The notes under the pieces were generated by a model. It was not told the origin of the DNA, did no database searches, and saw only the letters and a list, made by a program, of their open reading frames with translations. Shown one piece after another: positions 17,640 through 26,665 of a stretch of 64,000 nt of DNA. The stretch lies in assembly GCA_036012755.1 (NCBI GenBank), contig DASCPX010000040.1, forward strand, positions 68,800-132,799, in the 5' to 3' direction. The DNA is from Myxococcota bacterium (GTDB lineage Bacteria > Myxococcota_A > UBA796 > CAJQPC01). Position 1 is the stretch's first letter. Every line of letters begins with the position of its first letter. A program made the translations under genes and the position numbers.

Positions 17640-18170
17640 CTACCTGAGATCCCAGGCATAGCCCGGCCAGAGCGTGTAGACCGCGTCGTCCACCCAGCCG
17701 TCCTCGACCTCGCCGCCCCAGCCGTGCCCCTCGGCGAAGGCCCAGCCATGGGCCTCTGCGTTCTGGCCGTCGTAGCTGAGGCTCCAGCCCAGGGAATCCC
17801 CCGGGTGGGGGTCGTCGTCCGCGAGCTCTTCGCCCACGTCACCGACACCGATGGCCTCCAGCCCGCGGTAGCTGGCGTCGCTGACGAGCCCGGCGTCGCA
17901 GTCGTGCTCTATGTCCTCGAGCACGACCTCGTACATCGCGATGCAGCCGACGCAGTCGTCGTAGGCATCGACCTCGCTCCCCTCGATCGACTGCAGGAGC
18001 GTGCAGACGTGGTACGCGGGCTCTCGCTTGTCGTCCCAGCCCTCGGCGAAGAAGGCCCACACATGGTGCCCGGTGACACCAAAGGGCTCCGGCGTCACGG
18101 TGGCGTAGTTGACCGCCCAGGCGACATCTCCGCCGGGACCCGGAGCGCAGGCGAGGAGCAGTGAGAACAC
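17640..18170 (-). CDS. Acidic Cys-containing putative lipoprotein
   Basis: GTG start MFSLLLA|C, with an in-frame TAG 9 nt upstream. Confidence 0.8.
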   Translation of the reverse strand: MFSLLLACAPGPGGDVAWAVNYATVTPEPFGVTGHHVWAFFAEGWDDKREPAYHVCTLLQSIEGSEVDAYDDCVGCIAMYEVVLEDIEHDCDAGLVSDASYRGLEAIGVGDVGEELADDDPHPGDSLGWSLSYDGQNAEAHGWAFAEGHGWGGEVEDGWVDDAVYTLWPGYAWDLR

Positions 18171-18179
18171 GACCGAAGG

Positions 18180-19004
18180 CTAACGCTTCAGGACGCTGTC
18201 GACCTCGTAGCCGTAGTAGTAGTAGGTCGAGATGTAGGCAGGAGCAGGCGCTGTCGACGAGCCGGCGACCTCGATCTGCAAATACTCGCCGTCTTCGCCG
18301 GCGGCGAGGTTGCCGTCACCATCCAAGGCCGTGGCGAAGCCGTAGCCCATCTCGTTGACCAGGGTTCCGGAGTAGCCGTCGTCGACCTTCCAGTACACGC
18401 CGAAGATGTAGGGCTCGACCTCCTCCCATACGAGGCCCGCGTTCTGGTAGGCGTCGCGAAGCTCAGCGGCCATACCGATCGACAGCGGGGCCCAGCCGAA
18501 GCCGAAGTCCATTGTCTCCACCGCCTCGGTGGGCACGCCGTCGGCCCACTCGTCGGGGTCCCAGTCATCGCAGGTATTTCGGGTCGCGGTGGCGTCGTGC
18601 TCGAAGTGTGCGTCGAAGCCAGTCCACAGCCCGCTCACCCCGAGCCCGTCGTAGCCGTCCTGGACGATCTTGCCTGTCCACTCGCAGGTGTAGGCGTCGA
18701 TCTGGCTGTGACGGTAGTCCTCTTCGTAGAAGCGGAAGATCGCGTATGGCGCGACCTCGGTCCCCTCGATGCCGTAGGGCATGAGGTCATCGCCGTCGAA
18801 GCCGGCGTGCATCTCGACGGTGAAGAGCCAGGGGTCGAAGACATCGTCGGCGTCGGCGTCACTGTCAGCGTCCACGTCCACGTCCGCGTCCCCGTCGCAG
18901 CCGATGCCCGTGGCTGTGTCGCAGACCTGTCGGCCAGGACCGCCGATGCAGGCGGACAGCGCCGCGAGGATCAGCGCAGGGAGCAGCAGCCGTTGCAGCG
19001 TCAT
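18180..19004 (-). CDS. Acidic lipoprotein with Asp-X linker
   Basis: Signal ..LAALSA|C; DGDADVDVDADSDADADD linker. Confidence 0.82.
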   Translation of the reverse strand: MTLQRLLLPALILAALSACIGGPGRQVCDTATGIGCDGDADVDVDADSDADADDVFDPWLFTVEMHAGFDGDDLMPYGIEGTEVAPYAIFRFYEEDYRHSQIDAYTCEWTGKIVQDGYDGLGVSGLWTGFDAHFEHDATATRNTCDDWDPDEWADGVPTEAVETMDFGFGWAPLSIGMAAELRDAYQNAGLVWEEVEPYIFGVYWKVDDGYSGTLVNEMGYGFATALDGDGNLAAGEDGEYLQIEVAGSSTAPAPAYISTYYYYGYEVDSVLKR

Positions 19005-19074
19005 CGAGTCTCCGTCTGTGCCCCGGCCAAGTCACCGTACATGTGCGCCCCAGAGGCTCGCAAGCAAACCCTCG

Positions 19075-22020
19075 TCAGTGGCGCCCCAGGCGATCCCGGA
19101 CGCGCTTGGCCCGGGCTCCGGTGGGCTCGAGGTCGAGATAGGCGCTCCAGCTGGGGCGGGTCTGGGCGTGGTTGTCCTGGGCGTCGAGGTAGTGCTGGCC
19201 GTGCATGTAGAGCGCGAGCGCGTGGTCCCGACCGAGCTCTGCGGCGTGGTCGTAGTAGGGGGACGCGTCGAGTCCCGAGTCCGGCCGGGCGTAGTAGTCC
19301 CCAAGGAGGACGAAGACCATGGGGTCGGACTCCCCCAGGGCCTCGGCGGTCTGGGCGTGCTGGTCCCTCGACTCCGAGATCCCGAACACCGCAGCCGCTG
19401 CATAGGCCCTGGCCCCGAGTCGTCGCGTAAGAGAGTCGTCGCTCGTGCGAAGGCCCGCGGCTGCCTTGAGCAGCAGGGGCTCGGCGTCCAGGGGACGCTC
19501 CAAGAGCCCGTACGCCGTCCCCAGCAGGTACAGCGCCTCCGCGTCGTCCCGATAAGCCGAGACATGGGGCTCCAGGAGCTCGACGGTCCTGGCTGCGTCT
19601 GCCAGCGACACGAGCGCCACGGTGGCGTCCAGCACTGCTCGCCGGGGGTGGCCAGCGATCGCAGGCGGGAGCGCGTCGAGAGCCGCCTCCGCCGCCTCTG
19701 TTCGGTCGAGCTCCGTGAGGACCCTGATGCGGGCTTGCTGGAAGCGGAACTGCGAGGGATGTGCTTCGGTCGCCCTGTTCAACAGCGTCAGCGAGTCCAG
19801 CAGGCGATTGTCACGCGCTCGCCGGGCGGCCAGGGCGTAGAGCACCTCCGGGTTGCTGGGATCGACCACGAGCCCGGCGTCCAGCGCCTCCCCAGCCTCA
19901 TCCGCTTGTCCCTGTCGCGCGTGGAGCTCCGCCTTCAGGGCGTAGGCGTAGCCAGCGACCCGAGGCGGTGGGTCCGTGCCGAGGAAGACATTGATCGTCT
20001 CCAGCTTCTTGGCCGTGCCCGACTCGGCCATCACGACCCGGTGAAGCACCGTCGGCCCGCTGCCCTCGATCAAGTCGTCGGCAATGGCGACCTCGCTCTG
20101 GGCGCAGGCGATGTCTCCGGCCTGATAGCAGGCCTTGGACAGCAGCAGGTGGTAGCGCGGACCCTCGGGGTGCAGCTGGACCGCTTGTATGGCCGCAGCG
20201 CGTGCAACATCCAGCTCTCCGCGCTCCATCGCCAACAGCGACTCGAGGCGGGCGGACTCGGGGGTGGGCTCCAAGGGAGCGAGGCTCGCCCGAGCCAGCT
20301 CGAGATCGCCTTGGTGGAAGGCAGCGTAGGCCACCGCGAGTGCGAGGGCGTCCTGAGGTGCTCCGAGCTCAGACGCCCGGGACAGGGAGGTCTGGGCCTC
20401 TGCCAGGCGGTCGGACTCGCCGGTGTACTCGGCCCAGAGCACCAGCTCCACCAGGGCGTTTGCTGCCTCGTAGGCCCCCCGGGGCTCCACACCGGTCGCG
20501 ATCGACGCGGACAGAGCAGCTTCGGTGGCCCGCATCTGCTTGAAGTCACCCGTGCCGATCGTCTCCAGGGCCTCGTTGATGACACCCCTGGCGGCGAAGC
20601 GGTCCGCGACCGTCACGCCCAGCTTCATCAGCAGGGCGCCGAGCACGACCAGGAGGACCGCGATGAGGGCCAGGCGCGGGCCCCGGTTGTAGCCGCCGAT
20701 CGGGACGAGATCCTCTGACTCCGGATCTGGCCCGATCTCGCGCGGGCGGATGGGCGGGGGCGGCTCGCCGACGGTCACCGGATCGAAGACCTCGCGTACG
20801 GGCTTGTCGATGGGCGCCATCAAGCCGATGGGCTGCTCGATCACCTCGATGGGACGGTTCAGCTCAGCGGTATCGGGCTCGGCGGCGGTCGGATCGTCCG
20901 GCCCGACCTCGCGCCGGGTGACCACGACCAGATCCTCGTCCTCCTCCTCGAGGTCGACCTCGCCAGCGAGATCCCCGCGGAGGCCGGGACCCTCCATGCC
21001 GACGGAGGCCAGGTAGTCCTTGAGGTTGAGGGTCTCGCGAAGTCGGTAGTCCTCGTCTTCTCGGAGCACGTGCCCAGGCTCGTCGTCCTGCCCGTCCTTG
21101 CGGATGACCATCCGGATCTGCGTGTCCGCCGCGCGGCTGTTCGGAGAGAAGTCCCCGTCCGTGTCGTCGGTCGGGTCGCGGCTCAGGAGCTCGTGCGTGC
21201 TGGCGAGCCGGGAGATCAGCGTCACCTCCTCGGTCGTGTTGCCCTCCTCGAGCCGGTCGACCCTGCGGAAGAGCGACGGAAAGTCCTGACCCTTGCCCTG
21301 GTCACGGCTCTCTCCAGCGGAGGTGACCTCTGATGCCGAGTAGAAATCACCCGACCCGGAGGAGTCGTCACCGACGCCGACCAGCTCGGGGCAGAGCGTC
21401 CGGGCGAGCTCGAGCGGGTCTCCCTCTTCTCGCGCAAACTCAGCGCCCATGCCCCAGAGCAGATCCTCGACCCGGTTGGACCAGTCCCCCCGCTGGCGGC
21501 GCAAGCGCTCGAGGATGCTCTTGGCCCGCAGGAAGCTGCCCCGCGCCAGGAAACCCTCCGCCAGCGCGAGCTGCTGAGCTGGCGTCCCGGTCTTCTCGAT
21601 CTCACGCGCGCGGGGATCAGCGGCCTTCGGGGACTCGCGCGAGGCCGCCGAGAGCGAGAGAAGGCGGGGATCCTCGGGACGTCGCTCCAAGCAGCGCTCG
21701 ACGAGCTTGCGCGCCCGGACCGGCCAGCCACGCTCGATGAACATCTCCGCCGTCAGCACGACGGCGTCGACGTCGTCCGGTTTCGCGTCTGCGACCTCTT
21801 TGAGGCGCACCCATGCCCGGTCCATGAGCCGCAGGGCAAGGAAGGCCCGGGCCTGGGCGATCAAGGCGGCAGCGGTGGGCTCGCCGGTGCTGCCCCAGCG
21901 CTCTACGAGTCGAACCGTGCCTCGCCAGTCCCGCCTCTCCGCGAGACGAAGGCAGGCCTGCTCGAGCCATCGATCGGCTGCCGAGCGCTCCGCGGAAGGG
22001 TTCTGGCCTGTGCGAGCCAA
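19075..22020 (-). CDS. Large bitopic TPR protein (N-terminal TPRs, acidic linker, TM, C-terminal TPRs)
   Basis: TPR-like helices (DPSNPEVLYALA, DAEALYLLG); central TM LALIAVLLVVLGALLM. Confidence 0.85.
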   Translation of the reverse strand: MARTGQNPSAERSAADRWLEQACLRLAERRDWRGTVRLVERWGSTGEPTAAALIAQARAFLALRLMDRAWVRLKEVADAKPDDVDAVVLTAEMFIERGWPVRARKLVERCLERRPEDPRLLSLSAASRESPKAADPRAREIEKTGTPAQQLALAEGFLARGSFLRAKSILERLRRQRGDWSNRVEDLLWGMGAEFAREEGDPLELARTLCPELVGVGDDSSGSGDFYSASEVTSAGESRDQGKGQDFPSLFRRVDRLEEGNTTEEVTLISRLASTHELLSRDPTDDTDGDFSPNSRAADTQIRMVIRKDGQDDEPGHVLREDEDYRLRETLNLKDYLASVGMEGPGLRGDLAGEVDLEEEDEDLVVVTRREVGPDDPTAAEPDTAELNRPIEVIEQPIGLMAPIDKPVREVFDPVTVGEPPPPIRPREIGPDPESEDLVPIGGYNRGPRLALIAVLLVVLGALLMKLGVTVADRFAARGVINEALETIGTGDFKQMRATEAALSASIATGVEPRGAYEAANALVELVLWAEYTGESDRLAEAQTSLSRASELGAPQDALALAVAYAAFHQGDLELARASLAPLEPTPESARLESLLAMERGELDVARAAAIQAVQLHPEGPRYHLLLSKACYQAGDIACAQSEVAIADDLIEGSGPTVLHRVVMAESGTAKKLETINVFLGTDPPPRVAGYAYALKAELHARQGQADEAGEALDAGLVVDPSNPEVLYALAARRARDNRLLDSLTLLNRATEAHPSQFRFQQARIRVLTELDRTEAAEAALDALPPAIAGHPRRAVLDATVALVSLADAARTVELLEPHVSAYRDDAEALYLLGTAYGLLERPLDAEPLLLKAAAGLRTSDDSLTRRLGARAYAAAAVFGISESRDQHAQTAEALGESDPMVFVLLGDYYARPDSGLDASPYYDHAAELGRDHALALYMHGQHYLDAQDNHAQTRPSWSAYLDLEPTGARAKRVRDRLGRH

Positions 22021-22084
22021 GGCTTCGGCCGGGGAAAAGGAAGGACCGAGTATATCTTCCCGGCCCTTCGAAGACTCGGACTCC

Positions 22085-23038
22085 TCAGAGCTCTTGGAGC
22101 GCCTTTTCCAGGATCGGGCAGATCACGAAGAGGTCGTCCACGATTCCGTAGGTGCTGTGCTTGAAGATCGGGGCGTCGGCGTCCTTGTTGATCGCGACGA
22201 TGACCTTCGAGGTCCGCATACCCGCCAGGTGCTGGATCGCGCCGCTGATGCCGCAGGCGATGTAGAGCTGCGGATTGACGACCTTGCCCGTCTGACCGAC
22301 CTGGTCGTTGTGGGAGGCGAAGCCGGCATCGACAGCCGCGCGGCTGGCGCCCGGCGTCGCACCGATGCTGGCAGCGAGCGAGCCGATGATCGTCTCGAAG
22401 TTCTCCGCGCTCTTGAGCGAGCGGCCGCCAGAGACGATCCGATCGGCCTCTGTGAGGTCCGCGACCTTGCTGGCGCCGTGCTCAGAGGCGACGACAGTGA
22501 CCTGGACGTCGGCGCCGCTCGCACCAGCGGCCAGCGCCACGACCTGCGCCGACCCGCCGCCAGCAGACGGCGCGGGGAAGGAGTTCGGACGCACGGTGAA
22601 CAGGGAGACGGAGCTCTTGACCCGGACCTCGACGAAGGCCTTGCCACCGTAGACCGGGCGATGGCCGACGACTCCGCCACCGTCGCTGTCGAGCCCTGTG
22701 ACCTCTGTCACGAGGCCAGCGCCGATGCGGGCGGCGACGCGGGGGAACAGATCCTTGCCGACCGCCGAGGCGGCGCCGAGGACCACCGTGGCTCCCGACT
22801 GCTCGATCGCCGCGGCGAGGGCCTTGGCGTAGGCGCCTGTGCTGTAGTTGGAGAAGAGGTCGCCAGGGGCGTGGTAGACGGTGGTAGCGCCGTAGGACCC
22901 GAGCGACGAGGTGTCGGCGTTGCCGATGACCAGGGCGCTGACAGGGCCACCGAGCTCGCCGGCCTTTCCGAGGAGCTCGAAGGCGGTCTTCTTGATGGTG
23001 CCGCTGTCGTGCTCGCAGAGAACGAGGATTCCAGACAT
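22085..23038 (-). CDS. etfA: Electron transfer flavoprotein alpha subunit
   Basis: [42 protein letters not shown]. Confidence 0.97.
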   Translation of the reverse strand: MSGILVLCEHDSGTIKKTAFELLGKAGELGGPVSALVIGNADTSSLGSYGATTVYHAPGDLFSNYSTGAYAKALAAAIEQSGATVVLGAASAVGKDLFPRVAARIGAGLVTEVTGLDSDGGGVVGHRPVYGGKAFVEVRVKSSVSLFTVRPNSFPAPSAGGGSAQVVALAAGASGADVQVTVVASEHGASKVADLTEADRIVSGGRSLKSAENFETIIGSLAASIGATPGASRAAVDAGFASHNDQVGQTGKVVNPQLYIACGISGAIQHLAGMRTSKVIVAINKDADAPIFKHSTYGIVDDLFVICPILEKALQEL

Positions 23039-23049
23039 TCCGATATCTC

Positions 23050-23853
23050 CTAGATGGCCTTGGCTTCGTTGCGGAGCAGCTGGACCAGCTTCTGGACCTT
23101 CTCCTCTGGGGTGGCACCGTCGATGATCCGGCCCTCCGGGCGGGCCGGAGGGGGGCGGTAGCCGCTGGTCTCGACGACGGCCCCTGCGGAGCCGACCGCA
23201 GCGGCGTCCAGGCCGAGGTCAGCGACTCCCCAGACGGCGATCTTGGTGCGCTTTGCCTTCATGATGCCGGGCAGGCTCGCGAAGCGAGGAGTGTTGAGCC
23301 CCTTCTCGCAAGTCACGACCGCGGGCAGGCCGGCCTGGACCATGTCCACCGAGCCGCCGCCCATGATGCGGTTGGCAGTGACCGTGCCGCCCTCGACATC
23401 GAGCTTGTCGACGACGGTGATCTGGGCGCACCCGAGGAACTCCGCGACCATCGCCGGAACCTGGGAGTTGTCATCGTCGATGGCCTGCTTTCCGCAGAGC
23501 AGCAAGTCCACACCTGCCTTCTTGGCGCCAGCGGCGAGGACGCGCGCGGTGCCCAGCGCGTCGCTGCCAGCGAACGCGGCGTCATCGAGACGCACGGCCT
23601 CCACGCCGACCTTGATGCCGCGTGCGATGCCGTCCTTGATCCTGGCCTCTGCGCTCTTGTCGCCCATGCACAGGATGACGACGCCGTCTGCCTTGCCTTG
23701 CTCCTTGAGCTGGAAGGCCGCCTCGAGGGCGTACTCGTCGTAGGGGTTGATGATCCACTTGATGTCGTCGTTCACGATCCCGCTTCCGTCCGCGTTGATC
23801 TTCACGCGGGTCTCGGAATCGGGAACCTGCTTGAGGCACACGCCGATCTTCAC
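23050..23853 (-). CDS. etfB: Electron transfer flavoprotein beta subunit
   Basis: CLKQVPD, INPYDEYALE, GKQAIDDD, PRFASLPGIMKAK. Confidence 0.97.
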   Translation of the reverse strand: MKIGVCLKQVPDSETRVKINADGSGIVNDDIKWIINPYDEYALEAAFQLKEQGKADGVVILCMGDKSAEARIKDGIARGIKVGVEAVRLDDAAFAGSDALGTARVLAAGAKKAGVDLLLCGKQAIDDDNSQVPAMVAEFLGCAQITVVDKLDVEGGTVTANRIMGGGSVDMVQAGLPAVVTCEKGLNTPRFASLPGIMKAKRTKIAVWGVADLGLDAAAVGSAGAVVETSGYRPPPARPEGRIIDGATPEEKVQKLVQLLRNEAKAI

Positions 23854-23902
23854 GAGCAGCTCCCTGAGAGTGAGTTGAAAAGGGGATTGGTAATAAGGGG
23901 TC

Positions 23903-24499
23903 TCACGCCGCGATGCCGCGCACGAAGAGCTCCGAGACCTGATCAGCCGCAGCGTCGAGGTCGAAGGTCCGATCGCGCTTGAGCGCGATCACGTAGGAGA
24001 GGCCGATCTCTTCCAAGGCGCCGAAGAATGCCCAGCCGATCGTGAAGGGATCCACGTCCTCTCGGATCACTCCGCTGGCCTGGCCCTCCCGGACGAGCTC
24101 CATCAAGACGCCGAGGTAGGCGAAGAGCTTGTCCGGCTTGTAGTCCTTGATGAACTTCTTCGAGAGTCGAAGCTCGACCTGCAGGACCTCTGCCACGGCG
24201 CGCTGCTCCCGCACGGCCCGGAAGTGATGGTGCGCGAAGGCGCGGATCTTGTCGAGCGGCCCGGTGTGCTTCTCGAGCTCCGCGGTCGCGGAGTTCCGAA
24301 GCTCGTCCATCTTCTCCTCGAAGACCGACAACAGCAGGTCTTCCTTGTTCTTGAAGTAGAGGTAGATGGTGCCGTCCGCGACACCAGCTCGCTTGGCGAT
24401 GTCGCTCACACGGGCGGCGTTGAAGCCCTTGTCGGCGAAGACGTCGACAGAGGCCTCGATGATGCGGGCGCGCTTGTCCGAGCTGCTCAAGTCCAGCAC
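23903..24499 (-). CDS. TetR-family regulator, FadR(YsiA)-like
   Basis: HTH IAKRAGVADGTIYLYFKNKEDLL and VLQVELR; lies directly upstream of etfBA. Confidence 0.9.
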   Translation of the reverse strand: MLDLSSSDKRARIIEASVDVFADKGFNAARVSDIAKRAGVADGTIYLYFKNKEDLLLSVFEEKMDELRNSATAELEKHTGPLDKIRAFAHHHFRAVREQRAVAEVLQVELRLSKKFIKDYKPDKLFAYLGVLMELVREGQASGVIREDVDPFTIGWAFFGALEEIGLSYVIALKRDRTFDLDAAADQVSELFVRGIAA

Positions 24500-24500
24500 C

Positions 24501-24518
24501 TGAATGAGGGTTCATTCA
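24501..24518. promoter_or_regulatory. FadR(YsiA)-type operator TGAATGA-N4-TCATTCA
   Basis: Perfect 7-bp arms immediately upstream of the TetR start; same core as the Bacillus FadR box. Confidence 0.8.
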
Positions 24519-24551
24519 CGTAGCGAAGACACTCGCAAACGGCAAGGGGAG

Positions 24552-25247
24552 CTAACGACCGTTTCGCTCCAACCACGCGGTGACCTGCCCCTCGATGTCG
24601 GCGTTAGGGACGCCTTCCCAGGCCTTCGTGAACTTCTCGTTGCCGATGTCGGTGAGCGGGTGGTTGAAGAGCTTCTTCAGGACTCCGAAGGGAATCGTCG
24701 AGACGTCCGAGCCGGCGAGCGCAGCCTCCAACACGTGGGCGGGGTGGCGAATGGAAGCCGCCAGGACCTGCGTCTCGAGCTCGGGGTAGTTCGCGTAGAT
24801 GGCGACGATCTGCGCGATGATGTCCATGCCTCCCCACGCGATGTCGTCGATGCGACCGACGAAGGGAGAGACGTAGGTCGCTCCCGCCTTCGCGGCGAGG
24901 AGCGCCTGCACAGGCTGGAAGCAGAGCGTCACGTTGGTCTTGATGCCGAGCGCGGAGAGCCGCGAGGTCGCGGTGATGCCGACCTCCGTCAGCGGCACCT
25001 TCACGACGACGTTTTCGTGGATGCGAGCGAGGAGTCTGCCCTGCCTCACCATGTCGTCGGCGTCCTCCGCGACGACCTCCGCCGAGACCGGTCCGTCCAC
25101 GATGGTGCAGATCTCGGCGATGGTGTCGACGAAGTCCCCGCCCTCCTTCGCGATGAGCGAGGGGTTCGTGGTCACACCGTCGATGATCCCCCAGCTGGCG
25201 GCCTGGCGGATCTCGTTGAGGTTGGCGGTGTCGATGAAGAACTTCAT
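24552..25247 (-). CDS. tal: Transaldolase (TalC/FSA family)
   Basis: [38 protein letters not shown]. Has its own GGAG SD. Confidence 0.95.
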   Translation of the reverse strand: MKFFIDTANLNEIRQAASWGIIDGVTTNPSLIAKEGGDFVDTIAEICTIVDGPVSAEVVAEDADDMVRQGRLLARIHENVVVKVPLTEVGITATSRLSALGIKTNVTLCFQPVQALLAAKAGATYVSPFVGRIDDIAWGGMDIIAQIVAIYANYPELETQVLAASIRHPAHVLEAALAGSDVSTIPFGVLKKLFNHPLTDIGNEKFTKAWEGVPNADIEGQVTAWLERNGR

Positions 25248-25778
25248 GCGGGCTCCGATGCAGCTGGGTCGCCGAACGGCGGTGGTAACCGGCTCGCTGG
25301 TCGCCGGCTGTGCGAGCGCACCCACTGGCACGCAGCGCGGTCTGAGATGGCGGTCGGTGAGCGGGACCTCGGGCCAGACCTCCAACAGCGGCGTGAGGGC
25401 GAATGCCCGCTCGGCCAGGCGTGGGTGGGGGACCTGGAGCGCGGCGGAGCAGTGCTTCTCCGACGCCCAGAGAAGATCGATGTCCAGCACGCGATCACCC
25501 CACCGCGAGCCTCGCCGACGCCCCAGCTGCGCTTCGATTCGCTTGGCGACAGAGAGGAGATCAGGCAGCTCGCCTGGCCACTCGACAAGGACAGCTGCGT
25601 TCTGGAACGGGCGCCGGGCCACCCCACCGGAAGGCGGCGTGAGGTGGATCCTGCTCGTCCGCAACACCCTGGCCCCGGCCGCGGAGAGGGCCCCTACGGC
25701 CAGCTCGAGCACCCTCGGGTCCCCCAGGCTCGTGCCCAGGCCGACCGCGACCCTCAGCGTTGGTAGTCCGGTACCCAC
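25248..25778 (-). CDS. folK: HPPK (FolK); no stop codon, reads in frame into tal
   Basis: [40 protein letters not shown]. Confidence 0.85.
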
Positions 25779-26665
25779 TGGAACATCTTCCGCTCGGACC
25801 GGTATTCCCCTCGAAGTCGGAGCGCGAAGCGTTCATCGCTGAGCGCGTCCCGGTACTCGGGATCGAAGACCCACTCCCCACCCGCAGGCTCGGGGGGCAG
25901 GTGGTCCACGAGTCCTTCGTCGATGAGCTGCTGCAGGTCCGTGACCTGGAGACCTCGCTGGTCCAGCACGGCGATTTGTTCGGTCATCAGCTCCGCGTAG
26001 TGATCGTGCGTGACTGTGACAATGCGCGCCTCGATCCGGCTGCGCAGCCACGGATCCGTCGCCTGCTCGAGCTCCATCTCCAGGTAGCGCACCGCTCCGT
26101 CACGGCCGCTGCCCTTCTCCCGCATCGACACCGCCGTCATGCGGTACCAGTCCGGGGCGGAAGGGATCGCGGCCGCGCGGTCGAGCCACACCGCCGCCTG
26201 CTCGTAGTCCTCTTCGAGCAGGTAGTAGTTCATGCCGACACTGAAGGGGAAGTAGGCGTCCTCCGGGTGGGCCTCTGCGCCCCGCGCGAAGATCTCCGTG
26301 GAGAGGCTGGCGCTGCCGGTCACCCGGAGCATGACGCCCCCATAGAAGTAGGGGGTACGCCAGGCGGGATCGAGCTCGACGACGCACTCGATCATCCTGG
26401 CGAACCACTCCTGCCAGCTGCCGTCATTCCGCATGTCGATCCGCTCGCCGAACTCCAGGACCGACCGAACCCACATCAACGTGGCAACATGAGCGTGGAG
26501 CCCCTGGCTTGCGAAGTGGACGGTCTCGGGCGAGGGCATCACCAGCATCTCGTACTGGGCCGTGCGCTCGCGGCGACCATCGTCGGCCCTCACCTGGGCC
26601 AGGTGGGCGAGCAATCCGCCGCCGAGGCCGAGACACGTGCAGGTGACAGCGACGAGCGGTCTCAT
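25754..26665 (-). CDS. Pilus-locus TPR protein resembling myxobacterial PilG / Geobacter XapA
   Basis: N-terminal [16 protein letters not shown], a TPR, then [17 protein letters not shown]; located downstream of the pilins. Confidence 0.7.
   Translation of the reverse strand: MRPLVAVTCTCLGLGGGLLAHLAQVRADDGRRERTAQYEMLVMPSPETVHFASQGLHAHVATLMWVRSVLEFGERIDMRNDGSWQEWFARMIECVVELDPAWRTPYFYGGVMLRVTGSASLSTEIFARGAEAHPEDAYFPFSVGMNYYLLEEDYEQAAVWLDRAAAIPSAPDWYRMTAVSMREKGSGRDGAVRYLEMELEQATDPWLRSRIEARIVTVTHDHYAELMTEQIAVLDQRGLQVTDLQQLIDEGLVDHLPPEPAGGEWVFDPEYRDALSDERFALRLRGEYRSERKMFQWVPDYQR

Noticed and set aside
18845..18897. Asp-X repeat as a regulatory or contingency repeat
   Set aside because: It is an in-frame, degenerate low-complexity linker of a kind common in such lipoproteins.
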